Positions 23,201 through 35,400 of a DNA stretch of 64,000 nucleotides are shown one piece after another. How positions within the stretch are numbered: the first letter of the stretch is position 1; every line of letters begins with the position of its first letter. The notes beneath the pieces are model-generated. The model was given only the letters and a program-made list of their open reading frames with translations. It was not told where the DNA came from and did not search any database. The position numbers were made by a program, and so were the translations under genes. The stretch comes from Octopus bimaculoides (lineage: Eukaryota), in NCBI RefSeq assembly GCF_001194135.2, contig NC_068993.1, positions 43,602,954-43,666,953 of the forward strand, written 5' to 3'.

Positions 23201-26200
23201 CTGCTTTGTTGGCCTGGTTCTTGTTCAATTAACTTCAATTAAATTTCTTGTATTATTTTTTTTTCTTTTAAGTCAGGAGGTTAGGCAGTGTCCCTGGCCT
23301 TTTACAGGGTCTCCAAGACTGGTGAGAGGGAAGGGAAGAGAAAGGTTCCCTCGAAGCAGAGACCTGCTCCCAAATACTTGAAACAGAGTGGACAGAGTGT
23401 CTGGTGGTGATGGTGTTAAACTGAGTGAGAGATTGAGATTATCACTCAAGTAGGGTATGGTAGTTTTGAGCCTAGAATGCATAGAGGCAGAACAAATGCC
23501 ACAAGGCACCTAATTCAGTCTTACAGGAGGAGGGGATAAGTCGATGTACTTGACCCCAAAAGGATGAGAGGTAAAGTCAATCTCGGCAGACTCTGAATGT
23601 AAAGAAAGACAAAATGCAGCTAAGCATTTTGCCCAGCATGCTAACGATTCTGCCAGCTCGCTGCCTTAACTTCCCCTGATATTATTATTATAAGAATAAG
23701 AAACAACAGACTCTTGTCAGTTGATCTATGGGATGCTTAGCTTTTCACCCACATACACTTCAAAAATAAAATATTCTTCAGTAATAAAATAACAGCAAAT
23801 TCTTCCACTGATGTTATCTTTTCATCCTGCTTTTGTTGCCCAAGCCTTCATATTACTTCTTTACTAAATGATAAGTTTGGTTTGTTCGCACCAAAAGCTT
23901 AACAGGACTTAATTATGCACCTGAAATTACAGCTAGCTTCTGCAGGAGTAGTCGTTTAAAAACAAACAAATTTTCCTTTTCATCCTTCATTACTAATTTC
24001 TACAACTGTTTTAGATATGAAGCAACACTTTAACTATCTTATTAGATTTATTCATGAATTCTATATTTTTGTACTGTTACTATTTAAAGAACTTTTATAC
24101 CTTTGATGATTCATATTTGTAATTTTATTATTTAGCTTCAAATTTATAATCACCTTTATTAAAAAAATATCATTTGGATTAGAGAGATTAACAACAAATT
24201 CTGATGAGCCACTGCAAAACTGCAGTGGCTAATCCAAGTTTTGGAGAAAATTTTACTTTTATCTTTTGATATCATTAAAAAAATTTTGTTAAATTTTTCT
24301 TCAATATGTTATATAATCCATCTTTCCTTTTTTTTTTTTTTCTCTTTTTCAGGTGAATTTGTATTTGGAATAACAGCTGTTGATTTTGATATTGGTCTTA
24401 ATGGAAAGATAAGCTATGCTCTTTCTGGACGTGATGAAAGTAAGTTTAAGATAAATTCTACGACAGGTGTTGTTAAGTCAAACCAAAACTTATATCTGGG
24501 ACTTGGTCGGCAATTCATCATCTATGTTACAGCATCAGATCAGGTAATATCAAGATTTTTTAATAACATTTCATAAATTATATTTATCTATTTACTCATT
24601 TACTTCTTATTTAATTATATAATTAAATCCTCCAAAAGTGATGTGGGGAAAAAAAATTAAAACGAGACTGAAGACTTGGCCAGGTACTTGCTCAAAGCAC
24701 CTGAGAGACCAGGTGATAAAGTCTCCCGCCATAGAATGGGAATAGTCCTCTCAGTAGGCTTCCACATAGTTTCCTCTATGATTTTATGACCACTTTCAAT
24801 GCTCATGAAGCTCAAAGTTAGTTATTTAGGGTTACTGCTACCCTACACAGGTCGGAGACCGTGTCACACTGATATATTCCACTAATTGTAATTGAAGGGA
24901 AGGCACATGATTCAGCGGTTACAGCATCGGGCTTTCAATCATGAGCTCGTGAGTTCAATTCTTGGACTGGGCTGTGTGTTGTGTTCTTGAGTAAGACACT
25001 TATTTCACATTGATCCAGTTCACTCAGCTGTAAGAAATGAGTTGTGACATCACTATTGCCAGCTGTATCAGCCTTTGCCTTTCCCTTGGGTAATATATAT
25101 ATAATGTCATCATTTAATGTCCTTTTCTCCATGTTGGCATGAGCTGGATGGTTTGACACTCCCATATGTGACCAATCAGGTTGCCTGATATTGTTACACA
25201 TCATTGATCACAATGCATTTCTTGCATTGCATTAGCTTTCAAATGATGCCACTCTGCTGGCTAGGCGAGCAGGCCAACATTCCCCACTACATGAAATGAA
25301 GTGTTTTGCTCAAAAACACAACGCACCGCCCACTCAGGGAATTGAACCCATGATCTAGCAATCATGAGTGCAACAGCCTAACCACTATGCCACATGCCTT
25401 CACTCCCATATATACACTCTGAATAAGGACCAATGATCCTAATGTATAAGAACGTTCATTGCAGATGTAAATAATGTAAGGTGCTTTCATGTTATTGAAT
25501 TTTCAAATCTTTTTCTTTTTTTATTGTTTCTTCCACAGAGCCAAAACCCATTTTTCTCAAAAGCTAAAGTAACGATTCACCTTCTGCAAAAAAATAAAAC
25601 CCGTCGACCTCAATTCACACTTGCCAAAACTGAATTCAAGCTTGAAGAAAATTCTTCTCTAAACACCACAGTAACTCGTTTGTCTGGTGTTTCTCCGAAG
25701 GCTGTTCCTCTGAAATACTTCATTGCAGGTGGAAACATCAACAATGCCTTCGGTATTGATCCTAAGCGTAATGACCTCATCATTGCCAACCAATTGGACT
25801 TTGAAGAAACCAGTTATTACAGTTTGTGGATTGGAACTTCTGATACTAGCAGTGACCCTCTGACTTCATATAAGGAATTGCGTATTTTCATTGCTGACAT
25901 TAATGATAATGCACCCTACTTTGATCAAATGCATTATTACACTTCATTCGAAGAAACAAATGAAATAGGTAAAACAGTAGTATGTGTGTCTGCAAAGGAT
26001 GCTGATTCTGGTAAAAATGGTAAGGTTACCTATAAAATCACAAATGGAAATTCTAAGGATGCTTTCCAAATAAAATCTTCAGGCTGCATTTCTACAAAGA
26101 ACCAAATTGATCGAGAAAAAATTGACTTTTACCAGCTTACCATCAAAGCTGTTGACCAAGTAAGTATTTAAGTTTAAGAATTTTACTAATTCTCAGACTC

Positions 26201-27106
26201 AGAGTTTTGATAACAATTATCTCCATTCCTTTTAAAGGATCCCCCTTTTTTTCTGAAACTAAATCATATCAGTCACTAAATGCTAAATGCACCTCCAAAA
26301 GCCTTACTTATAAATTATAAATATCAAAATAGGATTAATTTGGATTAGGGTTTTAAAAACCTTTCAGAATTGCTGTGGAAGAAGAGAAACAATTGAGTTA
26401 GCTCATTTCATTTAACATCCAGCTTCCATGCTGGCATAGGTTGGATGGTTTAATAAGGTTTGACAAGTTGGAGGACTGCATCGTGCATCAATGTCTACTT
26501 TTGGATGGGTTTCTACAGCTGGATACCTTTCTTACTCAGCAATTTTCAACATAAGAACTAGTATTAACTCATATTTAGCACTCAACAATATGCTGTGTGC
26601 ATATTCAAATTAAAAATTATATAAACGTAGTCGCTGCTCCAGCATGGCTGCAATTAAATGACTGAAAGAAGTAAAAGAATAAGTGCAGATATAGCCATGT
26701 GGTTAAAAAGCTTGCTTCACAACACCTGAGTCTTGGATTTTGTGGTTCAGTCCCACTTTGTGACACTTTGGGTGATTGTCATCTACTATAGCCCTGGGCC
26801 AGCCAATGCCTTACAAGAGGAATTCGGTAAACAGAAACTGCATGGAAGCACATTGTGTGTGTGTGTGTTTACATGCACCATAATTTTTCAGCAAAAGGGA
26901 AACAATAGATTAAGTACCAGGCTTTAAAAAAGTATATGTACAAGGGTCATTTAATGGGCTGAAGGCCTTCAATGTGGTCACTCAGCATGGTTGCAGTCTA
27001 GTGTCTAAAAGTAGCAAACAAGTAAATTATATGTTAATGACAAGAAATTCAGAAAAAAATTTTAATTGTTTAAAAATGCCTTGGATTAATTTCTACTTCA
27101 CATCCA

Positions 27107-27151
<45 letters not shown>

Positions 27152-27732
27152 TTGAATAAGATGGATCTTGAACATTTGCATATTATTTTTAGAACAAGAT
27201 ACTCTTTATTATCATTATTATTATTCATACTGAGGTTACACCTGTAAAAAAAAAGGGTAATATAAAAGGAGAAGGGGCTGTATACCCCTCCTGATCAGGC
27301 TCCCATGGCTTTTATGGGTTTTTCCACATGTAACCTTTCGAAGCGCCTCCCCCTATTGGGAGTTTTATTTGTTATATCTTTCTCTGTTTTTCATTGTTTA
27401 CACGAACGTTTTCTTTTCGGACAAAACCTTTTGTAACCTTCGTCCTGTCTTTGTCCTTACATGGTTTTAATTTATATTAACCCTTGTGGCCAATAAAACA
27501 AGAATCAGTTATTATTATTATGGTTTCAAATTTTGGCACAAGGCCACCAATTTCAGAAGCAGAGTAAGTTGATTTCATCAACCTCAATATTCTACTGGTA
27601 GCTATTTTATTGTCCCCAAAAGGATGAAAAGCAAAGTCAACCTCAGTAGAATTTAAACTCAGAACATAAAGACGTACAAGATGCCGCTAAGCATTTTGCC
27701 CAGCATACTAACGATTCTACTAGCTCACTACC

Positions 27733-27779
<47 letters not shown>

Positions 27780-28319
27780 GTTTCACATTTTGACACAGGG
27801 CTAGCAATTTTAGCAGGCGAGGTTTAGTCAATTACATCAACTTCAGTACTCAGCTAGTACCTATTTTCTCAACCCCTGCAAAGGGATGAAAGGCAAAGTT
27901 GGCTATGTCAGGATTTGAACTCAGAATGCAATGAACTAGAGGAAATGTTGCTAAGCATTTTGTCCAGCACAAAATTCTGCCAGCTCGCCACCTTAATAAT
28001 TACAAATACAATAATGATGATAATAATAATAATAATAATAATCTAGGTTTTGAAAAAATAGTGAAATCTATTTTCTACCAGATTAGTACAAGCAGAGTTA
28101 CGCACCTTGTTGAAGATTGCAGCTAAATAAAGTCTGATCATATTATCAGTATGACAATATCTTAAACTTTCTAACCATTTTCTCTCTTGTCTGTCATTCA
28201 CATCTATCTATAATAATAATTATATATGATCGTGGCTGTGTCATTAAGATGTTTGCTTCTGAATCATATGGCTTCAGGTTCAATTCCACTGCATGATACC
28301 TTCAAGGTGGTTGCTCGGC

Positions 28320-28373
<54 letters not shown>

Positions 28374-29344
28374 ATGGATGTTGTATATATATTTATGTGT
28401 GTATACATGTGTGTGTTTATATTAAATATATATTATACAGGGTGGCCCAAAAGTAGGTTTACAGTTATTCAACTATTTCTTTCGCATTCATATATTAACA
28501 GTTTAGATCTTAATTATAAAAAAATATGAAACCATTATTCTATGCTAATTTAGTTAATTGTAAGATAGAAATTTAAACGTAATAAAATGTATTAAAAAGA
28601 AATTTAAAGTGCCAAAGTTATAACTGTAAAACTACTTTTGGGCCACCCTTTATGTGTATATAATACACACACAGACACACACACACTAGGATACCCATAT
28701 ATGAATGGTTCTTTAAATGAACTAATTGAATAACAAATGTCTTTTCTAAAGAAAATTAAACTCATAACAATCTGAAATTTGAATAACAAACCAAGTAGAC
28801 AATTCATGCATATAAGTGACTGGGAGAGTGTGTACAGACAGTTTGTTTAATGTTCATGTACACATTTCATGCAGCTTGCAAATTTTCGTAGTTTATATAG
28901 AAAAATATTAATATTTCTTATATTTTTTGGATGAACAGAAGCAAAACAAAAAGATACACACATACATATTTATGGATGGGCCAATAAAACATTATTTCAT
29001 GCTTTTATTTGGAGTCTGGGTGTGGCTTGGAACAGATTAACTCTATTTATATGTTTATATGTTTTTCAATTTATCATGTGAGTTACAATTTGGTTAATGA
29101 ACAAGGCTCTGGAACAGATTATGTTCATATACAGAAATCCCACTGTGTGTGTGTGTGTGTGTGATAAGAAGCTTGCTTTCCAACTGCATGATTCTGGGTT
29201 CAGTCCCACTGTGTGGCACCTTTGGCAAGTGCCTTCTACAAAGCCCTGTGAGTGAATCTGGTAGACAGAAACTGAAAGAAGCCCATCGTATACATACATA
29301 CATACATACATACATACANNNNNNNNNNNNNNNNNNNNNNNNNN

Positions 29345-29412
<68 letters not shown>

Positions 29413-32400
29413 ACTTAAGTACTGAGGTTGATGTAATTGGTTAGCTTCCTTCCTCCAGCATTTCAGGTCTTGTGCCCATAGTAGAAAGGATTATTCTTAT
29501 TATGGCCTAGTGGTTACAGTGTTGTACTGGTAATTTGTGAGATCGTAGTTTCAGTTCCTAGACTGGGTGATGTGTTATGTTCTTGAGCAAAACATTTTGT
29601 CTCGCATTGCTATGCGATCGCTTCAACACCTGATGCGTGGTACACCATGCCCTTGTTCAGACAACATTGATTTGATATAGAGAGTGGGCTAATGTGCAGC
29701 ACAAACACTTGATCACTATAAACAAATCATTTAGGCAAGTCATTCAGCAATAGCTGAATGCACATATGTCATCTTCAATAGGAGACTCCATCATCACATG
29801 TTACTTTAGTTAACAGGACTAGTGACTTGAAGTTTATTGACAAATCTCTTCAAATCTCAAGAATCTTTCTAAAAATTCTTGCAGAATACAGGTTGGCTCT
29901 TTCTTGCAGGTATCAGTCAGCTCTTAGATAGCAATTTGGCTGTTGTTTCAAATGTACTAATTACCACAGGAATACTTGTCATTTTTATCTTCTACATTCT
30001 CTTCATCTCTCTAGCTACATCTTGATATTTCTCTATTTTCCTCAATTTCTTTGGTATCTACTCTTGTCATATGATGAAACAAAAATCTATAATCTTATAC
30101 TGTTTGGTGTATTTTTGTCCTCTGTAATTATATCTGGTCTCCTTGTTTTATGTATGGTCAGTCTTTATGGGTAAATTCCATAAAATCCTGTAATTATTAT
30201 TCTCCATTGCTGCTTTTAACTTGTGTACATAACGCTTTCTTGTTACTTTCAATTCATGCATTTAGCTAACATTGCCATCTACTACTACTACTACTTGTAG
30301 TAGTAGTAGTAGTAGTAGTAGTAGTTCTATTTAGTATTGGAAAGAAATTATTAGACATTTCCGATTCCCACTGGAAATGTTTCACAGTAATAAGAGAAAA
30401 GCCACTGACAGGGGAAACAACTTTTCTGATATTTGAGCTGTTGCCATAAGTTTATTGTGAACTTTAACATTTCGTATTGTTTTTGTCAAACTACTTCCTA
30501 CATTCCAAGCTAAACTGTGGTAAATATACCCAAACATAAATTGCTGGGAATTGGAAAATATTTTGCTCTTGTAATTTTGCAAAATATAGTTGGATCTCAT
30601 TTTCTACTAGTGTACTGGTATATGTTATCAGTAGACCATACATCTAGTTTGTTGACTCTATTACCGTATTTTCCAGCTTGCAAGTTGAATTTATCAGACC
30701 GATACTGGGTTCAGTCCCACTGCATGGCCCTTTGGGCAAGTGTCTTCTACTATAAGCCTCAGGCCAACCAAAGCTTTTTGAGTAGATTTGGTAGACAGAA
30801 GCAGAAAGAAGCCCTTCGTGTGTGTTTTTATGCCCCCACCACCGCTTGACAACCAATGGCAGTGTGTTTAGGCTCTGTAACCTAACTGCTCAGCAAAAGA
30901 GACCGATAGAATAAGTGCTGGTGTTGATTCATTTGACTAAAATTCTTGAAGGCAGTGCCCCAGCATGGCCACAGTTTAATGAATAAAACAAATAAAAGAT
31001 AAAAAATAGAAGAATATCTGAAACAAGATCATATTTTTGTTGTATTGAGATATAATTACTTTTAGCTCTGATATTTGTTTCAGTCATTAGACCGTGGCCA
31101 TGCTGGAGCACCAACTTGTAGGGTTTAGTAGAAAATATTGATCTCAGTACTTATTTTTTAAGTCTGGTACTTATTTTATCGGGGTTTTTTTTTTTTGCAG
31201 GGGTGGGGGGTGGAATCACTATGTTATGAACAGACAAACGCTCGCTCACTCGACATTGGTTAGTGCAGGGGTATTGTAGAAGACACTTTCCCAAAGTACT
31301 ACACAGTGGGACTGAACCCCAAATCATATGATTGTGAAGTGAGCTTCTAAACCACACAGAATATCTGCAACATTTTAGCAATTGTGTTCAAATTCTTTAA
31401 AAAAATAAAATCAGTAATTTATGTATTCTATCTTTCAGTGTATTTCCTAATAATTTGATTAATAAACTTTTCTTTTTTCTGCAGAGTGCCTCTAATAGAA
31501 AAACTGGAACTACAACTGTTGATATTTCTATTCTTGATGTTGATGATAACCCACCCCGATTCACACGTCTGTTTACAGCCAGCATCCCCGAGAATGCTGA
31601 AATTGGTTCTTTTATTTTGCAACTGTCGACTGAAGACCAAGATGTTGGTGAAAATGCAGAAGTTACTTATGCACTTTTAGAAAATTCTGGTAATAAATTC
31701 TCTTTAGATCCTCTCAGTGGCAACATATCTGTGAGAGCACTTTTGGATGTTGAGAAGAAGGAGTATCACAAATTGAAAGTGGCAGCTCGAGCTAGCTCTC
31801 ACGAAACAAGTACTTATGTCACCATAAAAGTCACGGATATTAATGACAACCAGCCTCAGTTCACAATGCCAAAGTTTATGTTTGAAATATCCGAACTGCA
31901 AGTTCCTCCAATACATGTGGGTAAAGTTGTAGCGAAGGACCGCGATAGAACTTCACCAAATAATATATTTTATTATTCACTAAAAATGCCATCATCATTG
32001 TTTAATATCACCGATAAAACTGGTGAAATATTCACAATTCAACAGCTGCATTATGATAACACCAGTCTTTATAATCACCATGAATTAACAGTTGTAGCCA
32101 CTGACCTCGGTGTACCGTCACGGTCTTCTGAAAGTCTAGTCATCATCAATGTAATTGATGACAACGATAATCCACCACAGTTTGAAAAAACTTACTATTT
32201 CTCTGCTGTTCCATACAATTTGACAGTAGGTGATCCGATTATCAAGGTAGTTGCAAGGTAATGCATTTTCGTTTCATTAACTTTATCTCCATGCAACTAA
32301 CATGTTTAATCCTTTTGATAACAACCCACTTGAGACCACTTGGTTCCATGATATGAATTTCCCATTTTAAATTGATCAAAATTAAAACCTTCCACCAAAA

Positions 32401-35400
32401 TTTCATATTAATTAATGCTCCTAACATCAGTTTAATAATGCAAAAGATATTCCTTGAAATTCTTCATTATTTCTCAAACTTATGGAAGCAAAGATGGTGT
32501 TTTCCAACAGAAATATGGTTTAAAAAAGGGTTAAAGTAATCTAAATTAAAGCCTTTTGTCAAAATTTCATATTCATTCATGTTCCAAACACCAGTTTAAA
32601 ATTGATAAAAAATAAACGATGACGAATGATTTCACTAAATTCTTCGTTATTTCCAAAATTTATTAACCCCCATGTATTATTAACTAATTGAAACGCATTG
32701 CAAATTAAAAAAGCTTTTATTTTTATTTCCCTATATCTCTATATTTGTGTTATAAATGTAAACTACCAACATGTTTCAGTGGATTTAAGAAATACTAACT
32801 TTGTTGGAATATAATCAAAATAAGAAGCTTTTTTTCCATGATTAATCAGTATTAAATCAAATGTAAGAAACATTTGTTTCTTACATATGATCATAATAGA
32901 AGATAAAACAAGATGTTTTGTATCATAAAACTAGAGGCTATCTTAATCAAGCTCAGAAGGTGTTAACCTCTAATTCCATATGGTATGTCTTTCACTTTCC
33001 AGTAGCATACTGTGTAATTCATTATCAAAATTAGACCATATTCAGTGCACTAAATTTGATCAACTGTAAAATGCATGGTTCAAGTCCTACAGGCTGCTTT
33101 CCACATTTTTGTCATCCACATTTTATGACTGGCTTTGTCTTCCACCTTCCAGCAGCATTCTGTGATATGTTCTCCTTAATTAGACCATATCCAGTCTGCT
33201 GAATTTGGTGAATTGTCTCAATGAACCAACCAGGGCCGTGTTTACATTATATAAGGAATATTAGTTAGTATCTGCAACAATTAACCAATAATTAATCCCA
33301 AATGCTCATGGCTACAACACTAATTAAATAATAGTCACTTCTGTAGTGATCCACATTAAATGTCCAATCTAGTATCTTTGTGTCAGGAACTCTGTTTGAA
33401 TGATAATAATTCATTGGTGACTTATAGAGGCATACCTTCAAGATCTCCAATCAATCATTCAGTGCCAAGCCAAACATTGACATTCTGACATATATAAATC
33501 TTTTGAAATAAGACTGATATAACTGTAAAAAACTAAATGATTCAGATGGTTCAATATTCTGGTACACTTGTGCAGTTGTGGCAGTTCCTGACAAAGATTT
33601 ACATCATGTACTTTTATAGCTATGAGCACTAACTGAATGACCTCAACCTAATTTCTAAGTTACAGGATCTTAACAGAAATTGTTTTAAATGTACCTAATT
33701 AACAAGTCTTTAGTATGTCACCTCCTGGCTAACAGAAAAGTGTCTACTACATTTATAATATTAAACTCTTTTCAGAGATGACAAAGATTATGGAATGAAT
33801 GCTCAGGTGGAATATATTGTTGTGGAAGGCAATGGAACCAACTATTTCTATGTGAAGAAATCGGATGGTATGATTTTACATTTATTCTTTACTCAAAGGT
33901 AACAAATGGTCTAAATGAGCATACAAAAAAGAATTTTTTTTTTTTCAATATTTCAAAATTTTTCGACAAGGAAGAAACATTGAGGTAGAAGAGTTGTGAA
34001 AGTGATTTGTGCTATAGAGTTAAGGAAAATTCGATTTAAGAGTGAGATATAGTTAGGATGTAATGAGTGCTGGGTTTTTAGAGAGCTAATGTGATATTTA
34101 ATTAATATACAGGGTGTCCACATAGTCTGGGTACATGGGGATTAACACATACTTTAAGAAATTATTATTTCTTATATTTAATTGTTTATCTTATTATTTT
34201 ATTTACTCCATGTACCCACATGGGGATTAACGCATACTTTAAGAAATTATTATTTCTTATATTTAATTGTTTATCTTATTTTATTTACTCCATGTACCCA
34301 CATGGTGATTAACGCATACTTTAAGAAATTATTATTTCTTATATTTAATTGTTTATGTTATTATTTTATTTACTCCATGTACCCACATGGGGATTAACGC
34401 ATACTTTAAGAAATTATTATTTTTTATATTTAATTGTTTATGTTATGATTTTATTTACTCCATGTAGCCAGACTTTGTGGACACCCTGTAGTTTGATTAA
34501 AAGAAATCATCATTATCAACATTTGACTTCCACTTTTCCATGCTTGCACAGGACAAATGGAATTTGTTGAAGGCAAGTTTTCTATGAGCAGATCCCTTCC
34601 TGCCACCAAACCTCACCTGTTCCCAAGCTTTGTAATATTTCATGGAAGACTGGAAATGAACATCATTTGTATGACAAAGATGCTCATTATCAAACCATGA
34701 GGTGATGTCTAGGCCAGGGTATACACAAACACACACATACAATTATATGGCAGGCTTCTTTCAGTTTCCATCCACCAACTCCACTCACAAGGTTTAGGTT
34801 TGCCTGAGATTATTGTGAAGATACTCGCCAAGGTGCTGCAGAGTGGGGCTGAATATGAAACTGAGTCATTGTGAAATGAACTTCTTAAAATGGCATATAT
34901 ATCAAAATATTTGTTCCAATTTAACCCTTTTAAAATGATTGATGTAAATATACGCCAAATGTTATCTCACACTGGGTACTGACCTCAGTTGGCGCAATTA
35001 CCATTGTTATGTGCAGGCAACCAAATGAACCACCACGGTAAATTGATTAAAATGGTTGATGTAAATATATGCCAAACCGTTGTCATGTGTTAATTGCTGA
35101 TCTCAGCCAAAATGATTACCATCAATACAACCTAGTTGCTTGGGGTTAAATCGCATCTAACATAATTACATCTTTACATCATATTTTAAAAGTAGATCTT
35201 ATTTAATTAATTTCATTCATATGTTATCTTTATAGGTTCTGTGCATCTTTCTGCAAGTCTGAGTCAAAGTATGGATAAAGAGTTTCAGCTAAAAGTGCAG
35301 GCAGTCGATAAAGGACGTCCACCACAGTCGTCAGACATAGCAACCATACACTTGAAAGTAACAGACATCAACAAATATTCTCCTTTATTCTTGAGAATTG

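Noticed and set aside
34137-34470. Regular repeats as a CRISPR-like array
   Set aside because: There are no unique spacers. They are contiguous tandem units inside a eukaryotic MITE.
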